31,198 bases of DNA from an uncultured cyanobacterium (GTDB lineage: Bacteria; Cyanobacteriota; Cyanobacteriia; Cyanobacteriales; CAWCAG01), in NCBI GenBank assembly GCA_963793425.1, contig CAWCAG010000008.1:1-31198 (forward strand), given 5' to 3'. The notes under the pieces are model-generated. The model was not told where the DNA came from, made no database searches, and saw only the letters and a list, made by a program, of their open reading frames with translations. A program made the position numbers and the translations under genes. Of the stretch, positions 1 through 9,304 are shown in pieces (the first letter of the stretch is position 1; each line of letters starts with the position of its first letter).

Positions 1-1547
1 AGTCCCCTTGCTAAAGAAATTGTCGATGAACCCAACCAACAACCTAACTCGACAATTTCTCCCTTACCAGAATATTCATTTTGGGCATAATCTTCTAGAA
101 ATAGTTGTTCTTCCATCGAAGTCATACCTAGTATCCATTGCCTTGGTTGAGTTTTATCTGAATGGGATTCAAAGGACATCACTGTTTCCTCAAAAGTTAG
201 CCCCATGTACTCCCATCTCTGCCTCAGCAATTTTTGATTAATGTCGTCAAGAAATTCCCTTGTCGGTACTTCTAGCTTCTCTGGATATAGGGAAATAGCC
301 TTAAGCAAAGCTTGCGCTAAAGAATAGGCATCTTGAGGTGCAAACCAATGCACACCAAGACTGCGTTCAACCAAATTCAAGGTTTCCTGAAACCCTCCTG
401 CATCGGCAACCACCAAACTCATAGGTAACTGGGCCATTTCTAAAGCTGCATGGGGAAAGTTTTCTTGTTTGCTAGTCAAACAGACAAGGGGAGAATTAAG
501 CTGACGTATCAACTCAATTGCTTCTTGACTAAACAAATCAGTCACAATACTGTATTGATAGCTTTGCCCCAAGGTTTCCTTGATATAATCCTGGCTATCT
601 AACCCCTGCAAACCAGATGTTTGCAACGATACATTCTTACCTAAGAAGATAACCTGGACTTTCTCAGTTACACTGTCTTCTAGTAACTCAAGGGCTTCTA
701 AAAAATAAAGGAGTCCCTTTCTCTCTTCTAACCGCCCGAAGAAAACTACAGGAATTTTGTCTTCTTTTACCAGGTGTTGCAAATCCTCTGTCATCGTCGT
801 TACCGGGGAAGCTTGTGCCAACACAGGAAAACAGTAAGGAAGATGCCAAGCATGGTTAGTTTGCCAACCATATCTTTCTACCTTCTCCTGCAAAAAGTGG
901 GAAAGAAAGAAAGCTAAATCCGCCTGCTCAAAACAATACTGCTCGTAGTGACTAACTTGCCAAAACCACTGGGGATTAACCTGTAAATAACTGCCGTGTG
1001 CCTCCTGTAACCACTCTTGCCCACTGTGCAAAGTAACCGCAACAACGCAATTCTTCCCTAAAATACCAGCCCGTTTAGCTTGAATCGTGCGGTATCCCAA
1101 CCCTAGCATTTCCGGAAATTCTATGTAAATATAAGCATCCTTAAATTGAGTAGCAATTGCTTGGGCAAAAAATAGCGCACCATAATTTTCATACCCTACC
1201 CATTCCCACTCCCGAAACTGAGACAAAATCCCTGAGTGAGTGGAGGGTAACTCCAACACTTCCTCACATTCACTCAAAGAAAAAATCTGGTCAACTACAG
1301 CAATTGTAGATCCCCCACCAAACCTTTCTTTACTCTGAGCTAGCAGTAGTACCACATAAAAATCTGCTGCTGCCAATTTCTCACTAAGAGTACGATAATA
1401 ACTGCCAATACCGCCATTCCTGAAGATACCTTCATATTCAGGAGTAACAAGTAAAGCTATCCGTTTCACTGATGAGGGAACTTTCTCCCTTATCTCCTGT
1501 TTGAATATAACTTTTCCCCAGGATGTTTCTCTACTTGTTTGCTGCAT
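1..1547 (-). CDS. Glycosyltransferase family 4 protein with C-terminal class I SAM-dependent methyltransferase domain (3' end outside window)
   Basis: Not in the ORF track because there is no stop in the window. Manual translation from ATG 1547 gives LLVTPEYEGIFRNGGIGSYY, FFGRLEERKG and ENFPHAALE (GT4 motifs), and near the edge EIVELGCWLGSSTISLARG (methyltransferase motif I). Spot-checked segments are in the same frame. Confidence 0.85.
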   Translation of the reverse strand, partial: MQQTSRETSWGKVIFKQEIREKVPSSVKRIALLVTPEYEGIFRNGGIGSYYRTLSEKLAAADFYVVLLLAQSKERFGGGSTIAVVDQIFSLSECEEVLELPSTHSGILSQFREWEWVGYENYGALFFAQAIATQFKDAYIYIEFPEMLGLGYRTIQAKRAGILGKNCVVAVTLHSGQEWLQEAHGSYLQVNPQWFWQVSHYEQYCFEQADLAFFLSHFLQEKVERYGWQTNHAWHLPYCFPVLAQASPVTTMTEDLQHLVKEDKIPVVFFGRLEERKGLLYFLEALELLEDSVTEKVQVIFLGKNVSLQTSGLQGLDSQDYIKETLGQSYQYSIVTDLFSQEAIELIRQLNSPLVCLTSKQENFPHAALEMAQLPMSLVVADAGGFQETLNLVERSLGVHWFAPQDAYSLAQALLKAISLYPEKLEVPTREFLDDINQKLLRQRWEYMGLTFEETVMSFESHSDKTQPRQWILGMTSMEEQLFLEDYAQNEYSGKGEIVELGCWLGSSTISLARG

Positions 1548-1791
1548 TAAGCTACCCCACCATCAAAACGTCTATTATCTCTTAAATTATTTCTATGGTA
1601 TTTTCGTATTCTAAATGGTTATAACAGGTGAAAAATTTATCCTAGTAACAGGTGGTGCTGGCTATATCGGCTCTCATACCGTACTCCGGCTTCAGCAAAA
1701 AGGTTACAGAGTAATTATCTTAGATAATTTAGTTTCTGGTCATCAAGACCTTGTTGATGAGGTACTAAAGACAAAACTAATATAGCGCTTC

Positions 1792-2331
1792 CTAGTCTAG
1801 TGAGGTACAGTAGCAGCAATGAGTAAACCAATTGCGAATATCGCTTTCGGAGATTTGACAGAAAGCTAACTCAATAGCTCTGGCTAAGTCAGGATAATTT
1901 CTAGCACTGATACCACGTAAAATATTTTTAAGTTTTGACCAGCAATGTTCAATGGGGTTAAACTCAGGAGAGTAAGTGGGAAGATAAATTAATTTAGCAC
2001 CAGTTTCCTCAATCATAGCTCTGATGTTTTCTCCCTTGTGAATAGAGCAATTATCCATAACTACATAAGCTCCGCACCAAAGTTGAGGAACTAATTTTTG
2101 AGAAACAAACGCTTCAAAAGTTACAGTGTCAGTTCCTCCGAGGAGACTACATTGAGCAATAATTTTCTCGAAACTCATTGCCGCAATAACCGAAACATTT
2201 TGACCACGTCGTTGAGGGCGCTCTCCATAAGCTCTTCGACCCTTGATAGAGCGAGCAAATAAACGAACTAAAGCTAAATTAACCCCTGCTTCATCGAGGA
2301 AGATTAAGTTCTTTGCTAATATATTCCTCAC
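1792..2331 (-). CDS. IS630 transposase, DDE catalytic part (orfB; probably joined to orfA by frameshift)
   Basis: FLDEAG, VMDNCSIH and LPTYSPEFNPIEHCWSKLK motifs; the frame is open upstream to the A9 run. Confidence 0.92.
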   Translation of the reverse strand: MRNILAKNLIFLDEAGVNLALVRLFARSIKGRRAYGERPQRRGQNVSVIAAMSFEKIIAQCSLLGGTDTVTFEAFVSQKLVPQLWCGAYVVMDNCSIHKGENIRAMIEETGAKLIYLPTYSPEFNPIEHCWSKLKNILRGISARNYPDLARAIELAFCQISESDIRNWFTHCCYCTSLD

Positions 2332-2368
2332 CCTGTTCCAAAAATCAACGCGAAGATGAAGTACTTTC

Positions 2369-2746
2369 TCAGTTCCTTTTTCTGTGGCCTGTAGAGTTTT
2401 TTTTTCGAGTTAGATTGAGACGACGCAGCATTCTATCTACAGTTGAACGACCAATCACTACTCCAGTTTTTTGTACTAGTTGATGGCGCAGTTCCTCTAG
2501 GGTCGCATCATTGTTTGTTTCCACAAGCTCTTGGAGTACCTTTAACTGAGCAGAGTTTAGTTTAGTCGGAGTTTGTGATTGTCTTTTTTTCGGTGCAATA
2601 TTACCTGTTTCTCTATACTGTTTTAGTAGTTTTTGTACGAAGCTTAATGCTACACGGAATTGAGATGCAAGCTGACGTTGAGATACATTACCTTCGCTAT
2701 AAACCTCAATTATTTTTTGTCTTAGGTCAAGAGAATAAGGTTTCAT
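2369..2746 (-). CDS. IS630 transposase, N-terminal HTH part (orfA)
   Basis: MKPYSLDLRQKII HTH start typical of IS630; ends just past an A9 slippery run (2397-2405). Confidence 0.9.
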   Translation of the reverse strand: MKPYSLDLRQKIIEVYSEGNVSQRQLASQFRVALSFVQKLLKQYRETGNIAPKKRQSQTPTKLNSAQLKVLQELVETNNDATLEELRHQLVQKTGVVIGRSTVDRMLRRLNLTRKKNSTGHRKRN

Positions 2747-2957
2747 GTTATTTTTATGACAAGGAGCTATTGCTCTTCTTACTATACCTCACTAGCTTTG
2801 GAAACGCTATAATAGGCGATATCAGAGATAGCTTACTACTCAAGGAAATATTTGCTGCCCATAATATTGCTGCTGTCATCCACTTTGCAGGCTATGCTTA
2901 TGTAGGAGAATCTGTGAAGCATCCTGCCAGATATTACAACAATAATATGGCAGGAAC

Positions 2958-4122
2958 CAGAAGTGTTGCACGAGGGGGTATTCAGTCTAAAAATAGACAC
3001 ACTACACCTATGTAAAGAAAATACCCTCATGTGAACACTAGCTTTTTAAACCAGTGAACATAGCTAATATGTTCAGTCATAAAAGCTTGTAAATAACGAA
3101 GCTTATCTAACAATTTATTACCAAACTCTTGAGGTATTTTCACCCAAGCTAGTAAAACATAACCAATCAAGCAACTGTATATTTGGATTTCAATTCCATT
3201 GGTGTTTTTAGTTATTAAATTGTCTAGTTTTAGGTGCATCTTAAGAAATTTCCAGAACAACTCTATTTGCCATCTTAAACGGTATAATTCCCCAATTTCT
3301 TGGTTGCTCATTCCCTCTTCACCTTTTTCTGGTAAGTTAGTTGCTAGTCGAAATTCTGTTCTAGTCTCTAAGTCACAAAATACTACTACTTGCTCCTTTC
3401 CTTTGCCCAATATGTAATTGCCATTCTCTAGCATTTGAATGCTTATGTTTTTCTTGATTCTTAATAGGAAGTATTTATTGGTTTCACTTAATAGTGACTT
3501 GATTCTTGACAATCCTGAGAATCCTCTATCCATTAGACTCACTCCATTTTCAGGATTGCCTTCTATGGTATAGTTCCCATACTTGCTGTCATGACCTTGA
3601 CCAAAATGTATCAGTATTCCTTCTGGAGATGATGTTAATAAGTTCAGACCACTGAATAGTTTAACTTGTTTGAATCCTTGCTTCGTTAGCAACTTACTTG
3701 TTAATGTCACTATGGTTGAATCGAGGGGAAATAAAGCTAACTTTCTCTTGTCTATTTTTTTACTTTTGTTTAACTCTTTTCTCAGTTTTTTAAAGAGATT
3801 GTAGAATAACATTGGGTCTCGTTTTTTACTGGCTCTAGAGAATGTTGATTTATCTACCTTTATGCCACGAATATTTAGAGTTTTGAACAGGGATCTCATA
3901 CTTACTTGCCCTTGGTCTAATACGAAACTAAGCCAAGTTGATACAAATAGGAATGTATTCAGGGCTGGGTAATCGTCTTTGGGTAAGCCTCCCAGGTACT
4001 TTTTGACTATTCCAGGAAAGTTTGATACCATCTATTTAACTTTATTATTTGTTTTTGTTGCCTCCATTTTACCAATTTGGAGGCTCTTTTTTACTTTTAT
4101 TTGCTATCACTCAACACTTCTG
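2958..4122 (-). mobile_element. IS4-family insertion sequence
   Basis: Terminal inverted repeats CAGAAGTGTTG (2958) / CAACACTTCTG (4112-4122) around a single DDE transposase; no target duplication visible. Confidence 0.88.
3027..4031 (-). CDS. IS4-family transposase
   Basis: LDSTIV, MDRGF and the YRLRWQIELFWKFLK (YREK) signature. Confidence 0.92.
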   Translation of the reverse strand: MVSNFPGIVKKYLGGLPKDDYPALNTFLFVSTWLSFVLDQGQVSMRSLFKTLNIRGIKVDKSTFSRASKKRDPMLFYNLFKKLRKELNKSKKIDKRKLALFPLDSTIVTLTSKLLTKQGFKQVKLFSGLNLLTSSPEGILIHFGQGHDSKYGNYTIEGNPENGVSLMDRGFSGLSRIKSLLSETNKYFLLRIKKNISIQMLENGNYILGKGKEQVVVFCDLETRTEFRLATNLPEKGEEGMSNQEIGELYRLRWQIELFWKFLKMHLKLDNLITKNTNGIEIQIYSCLIGYVLLAWVKIPQEFGNKLLDKLRYLQAFMTEHISYVHWFKKLVFT

Positions 4123-4347
4123 GATCGCCATACCAATAACCGCCGCTATCTGGGAGGTACGAAGGATAATACCCTCCATCGACCCAACCTTCTATATGTG
4201 GCTCAAAATGAGGTTAACAAGGTGGTGATCGCGGCGGTTTAAAGTCCAATAACCACAGCACAATCTACCCAAACTCACCAAATGTATTACAGGCAAAGAG
4301 AAATCTTGGGCTATGCGATCGCCATGCCAATAACCGCCGCGATCACC
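4123..4347. repeat. Short dispersed HIP1-associated repeat (core AACCGCCGC(G/T)ATC), direct and inverted copies
   Basis: Copies at 4138-4150 (+), 4224-4239 (-) and 4332-4347 (+); further copies at ~5359-5370 (partial) and 5825-5837 (-). Confidence 0.7.
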
Positions 4348-4602
4348 GATGGAGGTTATTTCTGGCAGTTACTCTTCAAGTGTGACTAGTTGTCGAACTT
4401 AATTCAAATGGGTTATGCGATTGCGAATGCTACGGGTCGCGTACAGCAGATATCCTTAGCTTTAGTAACGCAGGCAGTAAGCTGCTTTTAATATTTCCCC
4501 AAGTTCTCCCAAACTCGGTACAGATATTTCTTCTATACTGTCTTTGTTTACTAAAATCTCTGTCTAACATATATTTATCAGTAGTGCATTACTGGTGGGC
4601 TA

Positions 4603-5349
4603 ATGAATAAATCGGAATGGCAAGATTTTTGTTCTAATTTATCTAGGGCCAATGAGCGCTTTGAGAGAGCAGTGCAGGAGTTGGACGTACTAGAACTATT
4701 AAGCATTAGGCGCTTACCTGAAGCTCGGTTTGGTCGAACCAGTCTAGAAGACCACGTGGATTTGTTTTTCTACCACAATAAGAAGCGCCTTGTTCGTCCC
4801 TTCTTGCGTGAAATCAAGAACAATCCGAATCCTCAAACTCGACAGATGATGCGTAGGGAACTCAAGAATTTCTACGGGCCAGCCTCTCGCTATAGCTCTT
4901 CTTTAGATCAGGATCTCTATCAGTACAGAAAGGGTCTTGTTCGTTTGTTACTGCAAGAGTTAGAGAACAGGTCTAATCCTTGCAGACAAATGGTGGTGTC
5001 TGAACTCCCTGAGTGTATCGTTAATAATCCTAATTTAGGGCAAAATATTTACCATTCGGATTTATGTGAATTAGTTGATTGGTTAAAGCACAAAGATACT
5101 TTCGTGCTTATTGTCGTCTGTAGACTCATACTTGATGCTAGGAGCTTACCGCCCTCATTGGCAGAGATTAATAAGAAGGCTGCTAAGGTTCTAATTAAGG
5201 CATTGGAGCAAGGTAATAGGTTAGAGCATCAGTTTGTTGGAGTTCTTGACATTGGCAGAATTCGCAAAAAAGCACTAGGTATTTTGGGAATAAAACCTGA
5301 ATCAAAACCTTTGGTCATCCGTCTCGCACGACAGGAGCCAATGTATTGA
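4603..5349 (+). CDS. Hypothetical protein (248 aa)
   Basis: Long ATG-started ORF; no motif recognised. Confidence 0.65.
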   Translation: MNKSEWQDFCSNLSRANERFERAVQELDVLELLSIRRLPEARFGRTSLEDHVDLFFYHNKKRLVRPFLREIKNNPNPQTRQMMRRELKNFYGPASRYSSSLDQDLYQYRKGLVRLLLQELENRSNPCRQMVVSELPECIVNNPNLGQNIYHSDLCELVDWLKHKDTFVLIVVCRLILDARSLPPSLAEINKKAAKVLIKALEQGNRLEHQFVGVLDIGRIRKKALGILGIKPESKPLVIRLARQEPMY

Positions 5350-5551
5350 GCTAACAGCGTGATCGCGGCTTGGGTTGACAGAAGCGACCCTTGACCTTGC
5401 TTATTCGCTATTCGCGAATATAGAATAGGAGTGGTAATGCCTAATCAATTTCAGAATGCTTAAGCCCCAAGATATTGTAGTTCTACTCAAAGTTTATTTG
5501 AGATAGGTGGTTGTTTAGAAACGAGCTAAGTTAGAAATAGGAAAGTTTATT

Positions 5552-5737
5552 CTAGGCATTTCTATTCTTTACTTCATAACGAATGAGAAAATATATTTCT
5601 CTATTTTTATCTTGAAGCCTATAACAGTTCAAACACATAACACACTCAGGAAAATACCTGTCTTCGAGCGAACAATACTTACCGCAAACACAACATAGAC
5701 GCTTCCTGGCAGCATTAGAGTTTCTAAAATCTTTCAT
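5552..5737 (-). CDS. Small Cys-rich hypothetical protein (possible zinc ribbon)
   Basis: CCVCG...CLNC pattern in a 61-aa ORF; short, so may be spurious. Confidence 0.35.
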   Translation of the reverse strand: MKDFRNSNAARKRLCCVCGKYCSLEDRYFPECVMCLNCYRLQDKNREIYFLIRYEVKNRNA

Positions 5738-5903
5738 AGTCTTTTGTTGAGAAGAATCTTATCAAGACCCATTTCATTATGTGAATATTGGATATCTTGC
5801 GCTCGCGTAGCGTTGCCGTAGGCTGATAGCGGCGGTTGAATAATTGACACTTAGACTATGACTCGTACTTCTTAACACTTTCCCTACCATTACTTCAACT
5901 CTT

Positions 5904-6266
5904 ATGTCCTACTTTACCGATTTGACAATATACAGTTACTCTCGCTGTGTCCCTGAAGAGGCTGTTCTTAATGTCGGTTGGCTAGGGGATGGACACACTT
6001 TTCCGACAGGCAACGTTTCAGATGAGTTTGTCACTGTATTAAAAGCACTTTGCTTGCGACCAGTCATGTTACATCGTGGCTTACATTCGTGTGAATTTTG
6101 TCACAACGCATTTGGCAATGGTCAAATTCGTGTCCTTCATCCTAACGGTAACTGGTATGCTGCACCTGAAATGATACATCATTACGTTGTTGAACATCAC
6201 TATTTTCCTCCCCAGGAGTTTATCGATGCAGTTTTGAACGGTGTCGCTGTCGCGATTGAATTATGA
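5904..6266 (+). CDS. Conserved-looking hypothetical protein (120 aa)
   Basis: LNVGWL, HRGLHSCEFC and YAAPEMIHHYVVEHHYFPPQEF read like a conserved metal-binding small protein; function unknown. Confidence 0.75.
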   Translation: MSYFTDLTIYSYSRCVPEEAVLNVGWLGDGHTFPTGNVSDEFVTVLKALCLRPVMLHRGLHSCEFCHNAFGNGQIRVLHPNGNWYAAPEMIHHYVVEHHYFPPQEFIDAVLNGVAVAIEL

Positions 6267-6515
6267 TGGCTATTATGAGTGGCTCAAATAAGCTTTCACT
6301 TTCCTAACAGTATTGATTGATGCTCCTACTTTTTTGGCTACTTGGCGTAGGGAGAGTGTAACTGAAATCTCGGCTTGAGAGAAACTAAGGTTGTCAACAA
6401 TCTCTTACCCAAGTAGCTCAATCTATTAGATCAATAGAGGTTGGAAAAGTTTGTTATATTCAAATTCTACTCAAGATGTTTTCTCCAATATCGGCACGAA
6501 TAGCCAACACCAAAT

Positions 6516-6986
6516 ATGAATAGAGAGCAGAAGAAAATAACAGAGTCTAAATCGCTTGACAGCCATCAAAAACAACTCTCAGTAAAAATTGAAACTCTGA
6601 CAATCGGTTACAAGGATGAGTTTGTCAATTCAAGGAATCGCAGTTATTGGAAGCAATTTAATGAAACTCAAACTACCAAGAACAACATTTTCTACAACGG
6701 AAAAGATTTCTACTTTGTAGAACTTGCGTTTAAGCTTAATGATGACGAGCAACAGCTAAAGTTATCTTGCATTGCTTACCCCTCTATCAGAAAAGGAACC
6801 AAGATTTTCGTGGGTATGGCTTGGATACAATTGCCTAAGAGTTTGCCTTTATCGATGAACCGTTCTATTGTTTCTGAAGTTGAACCCACAGTTAGAGATG
6901 CTGTGGCTGCTGAGCATAAGGAGCGTATAGAGAAAATGTTGTCTAAAGCTAAAAGTAAAGGTTTTGCTCAATTCTTGAAACGCTAG
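6516..6986 (+). CDS. Hypothetical protein (156 aa)
   Basis: ATG ORF followed by a hairpin; no recognised motif. Confidence 0.6.
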   Translation: MNREQKKITESKSLDSHQKQLSVKIETLTIGYKDEFVNSRNRSYWKQFNETQTTKNNIFYNGKDFYFVELAFKLNDDEQQLKLSCIAYPSIRKGTKIFVGMAWIQLPKSLPLSMNRSIVSEVEPTVRDAVAAEHKERIEKMLSKAKSKGFAQFLKR

Positions 6987-7034
6987 GGCAGTGTGGCGAT
7001 GCTCTAGGATTTTGATTTGATACTAGATAGATTT

Positions 7035-7066
7035 AATGGGTGGAGAGTTTTGCTGTTCCACCCATT
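7035..7066. terminator. Stem-loop, probable terminator
   Basis: AATGGGTGGA / TCCACCCATT perfect 10-bp inverted repeat between convergent genes. Confidence 0.55.
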
Positions 7067-7457
7067 GACTTCCATTCTGCTAGTTTCTCCAGCGAGTGGA
7101 GACTTTGTAGGTGATATTATCTCCTCAGAATATGGCTAGTTTCCATATGGGCCGCCTCCACGAGAGAATAGGGGTTTCAGAGATTTTCTGAGGTGGCCCG
7201 CAACTGGACTTAATTGATAGTTGAACCAGGGTTTTTCGTAATAGGAAGACTACCCTAAACTTTTATCTATTCTAAGGTGTAGCTATAGACAGGATGGAAT
7301 CTAATGCTATCTTTCCTCACATTCACTCTGTTCTAAGCCGAAAACGTAGTTCAGTGTGTTTTTCATCTTTTAGCACTAATCCAAACACTGAATAGTTCTA
7401 CTCATCTCTGAAAAAGCTGACTATCCAAATTTACCTGACCACCAGTACGCAAGTAGC

Positions 7458-9119
7458 TCAATTTATTAAATCAATTAGTATTTCTGGATTTCGATGAGGT
7501 TCTGGCTGATGCCTGCTGTTATGGTAGTTATCGAGTTGACCGTTCTTGGTCAAGCCATGCTTGTTTGCATGGTCAAGAATGTAGTGGTTGTGAGCATCGA
7601 ACCATTTCTTGATTAATCGAGCATTGCTGCCTGACATTGTACGGATTAACTGTGAGTTGGGAACTACCTTTTTCTGTTTATCTGCTTCTGCTGAAAACTG
7701 GTCGTTCCACTTCATTACTGCTTCAACCGAACGCCTGATTTTCTCTTCTGCTGAACCTACTCCCCTAGCTGGTTTCTCATACTTTCCTAAACCGAAAAGC
7801 TCATCTTTGCTAACGCTTTCCCAGTCCCTGGTTTGAACTTTAGTTCTTGTTCTTCCCTCCTGAAGTGCTGTTTCTAACTGGTTGAGTCTTTTTTCTAACT
7901 GAGCAATTTTTTTCTGCTGAGTTTCAATTTTCTCCTGCTTACGTTCTAGTTGATGTTTTAGCTGGTCTATTTCCGTTTGTTCCTGCTGCTCTGGTTGGAC
8001 TTTTGGTAAGAGAGGTTCAATTAAAGGAGCTTCAATGAAAGGAACTTCAACTTCATCTGGTACATAGTAAGCACCATAACCGATTGAGTAGGTTAGTTTA
8101 CTCAAATCTCTATCAGTTAATGCTTGACCATTCTCACCTTCAATTAAATGACCTGCTAGTCTGGCCGCTGCTACTATTTTGGCTGTCATACTACCTTTTA
8201 CATCACGAGCTACAGCTAAACATAGGTAAGCACTTCTTAAGTCAGTCGCAGAGATTAAGTCATTTTCTCCATGTTCGTTGGGTCTGGGAGTTAGGATACT
8301 TTGAAATTCTCTGTCGATGATGCGGTTATAACGGCTGTTTGTCAGCCTGTCTATGGCTCTGTTTTGTTCTGCTTTGTCTGAACTCTTGGCAATGATTGAT
8401 GACCAGATTTTCTGGTATTTCTGGTGTTGTTTAAACTGCTGGCATTTTTTGAGAAAGTATTTTGCTTCTACTAAGGTGGCGATCGCAAATTTTGGTACTT
8501 TAGTGTTTTCTCTTTTTTTACCTTGCCCTGAAAACATGACTGCCCATTGCTCACCTTCAATGGGACTAAATTCTCCCCTGAATAGTTCGTGTGGCCTTCT
8601 CCCAGAGGCAGCAATTAACCCTGCTCCCAAATGACCGAAGTTTTCTTTCTCTAGAAGTTGGTAGGTTTTTTCTATGTGTTTATCTGGTTTTAGGGGGTAG
8701 CTTTGAGCGTTTTTGGCTCTTTCTAAGATGCGAGTGCTTTGATTGCGTTTTTGCCATTCATCTGGAACTTTACCATCTGGGTAGAATTTTGATTTACTCA
8801 GACCACAGTATTTGAAGAAGTAATGCTTTAGTTCGTAGGCCCTGACGTTGCCCTCTGCATCTAGTTTGGTAGTTTTCTGGGCATTTTTCCCTTCTGCTAA
8901 AAGTATGCTTTTAATGAGCTTGTTGTAACCAGCGCTGCTCATTTTGCTTCCTAATGAGGAGACAGAGTAACGATTTCTTAGGTATTCGTCTTCTTCTGTA
9001 GCTATTTGAGCTATTTCGTCTTCGCTCATTAAGGGTCTGATTGCTTCTACTACTAGCTTGGCACGCTCTCTTAGGTTAGTTAGCTTTTTTGCCTTTTCGT
9101 ATATTTGTTGAGATTCCAT
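7458..9119 (-). CDS. Protelomerase / telomere-resolvase-family tyrosine recombinase with C-terminal coiled coil
   Basis: ASGRRPHEL (R), FSGQGKKR (K), DLRSAY (R), RLAGH (H) and a downstream Tyr-rich segment match the TelN-like catalytic arrangement. Confidence 0.8.
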   Translation of the reverse strand: MESQQIYEKAKKLTNLRERAKLVVEAIRPLMSEDEIAQIATEEDEYLRNRYSVSSLGSKMSSAGYNKLIKSILLAEGKNAQKTTKLDAEGNVRAYELKHYFFKYCGLSKSKFYPDGKVPDEWQKRNQSTRILERAKNAQSYPLKPDKHIEKTYQLLEKENFGHLGAGLIAASGRRPHELFRGEFSPIEGEQWAVMFSGQGKKRENTKVPKFAIATLVEAKYFLKKCQQFKQHQKYQKIWSSIIAKSSDKAEQNRAIDRLTNSRYNRIIDREFQSILTPRPNEHGENDLISATDLRSAYLCLAVARDVKGSMTAKIVAAARLAGHLIEGENGQALTDRDLSKLTYSIGYGAYYVPDEVEVPFIEAPLIEPLLPKVQPEQQEQTEIDQLKHQLERKQEKIETQQKKIAQLEKRLNQLETALQEGRTRTKVQTRDWESVSKDELFGLGKYEKPARGVGSAEEKIRRSVEAVMKWNDQFSAEADKQKKVVPNSQLIRTMSGSNARLIKKWFDAHNHYILDHANKHGLTKNGQLDNYHNSRHQPEPHRNPEILIDLIN

Positions 9120-9229
9120 TTCTAAGTTCTTCTAACAAACTAGTGATAAACATAGCATAACTAGTTGTAAATGTAAGAGATTATGACCTAATCGGTAAGG
9201 GAAAATATAGCGGTCTGATGTATGAAGAT

Positions 9230-9241
9230 TCGTCATTCGCA
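9230..9241 (+). promoter_or_regulatory. Conserved 12-bp box TCGTCATTCGCA, copy 1 (upstream of cas10)
   Basis: Identical to the copies at 22046-22057 and 24183-24194(-); 33 nt before TAGTCT (-10-like). Confidence 0.65.
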
Positions 9242-9304
9242 GAAAAACTCTGGTGGTTAAAAAAAACACTATGTTAGTCTATGAGCATCAATACAAACAC
9301 TTAG

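Larger units (their letters stand above)
1783..2809 (-). mobile_element. IS630-family insertion sequence
   Basis: Imperfect ~28-bp terminal inverted repeats (TAGCGCTTCCTAGTCTAGTGAGGTACAG / TAGCGTTTCCAAAGCTAGTGAGGTATAG), TA duplication at 1781-1782 and 2810-2811, and a split transposase. Confidence 0.92.
1615..2957 (+). pseudogene. galE: UDP-glucose 4-epimerase, interrupted by IS630 and truncated by IS4
   Basis: ATG 1615 gives [15 protein letters not shown]...LDNLVSGH. The frame resumes after IS630 at ~2810 with IGDIRD...VIHFAGYAYVGESVKHPARYYNNN and ends at the IS4 boundary. The 3' half is absent. Confidence 0.9.

Noticed and set aside
8..241. 77-aa plus-strand ORF
   Set aside because: Antisense shadow of the glycosyltransferase-methyltransferase gene.
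2575..3015. 146-aa ORF containing GalE-like sequence
   Set aside because: Chimera of IS630 antisense sequence, the galE middle fragment and the IS4 end; not an independent gene.
5350..6400. Possible integron attC sites (CTAAC after orphan genes)
   Set aside because: No convincing paired R/L boxes could be built by eye, and no IntI integrase is present.
6987..7457. Possible telomere-resolvase target site or ncRNA
   Set aside because: Only short hairpins; no long perfect palindrome or recognisable RNA family.
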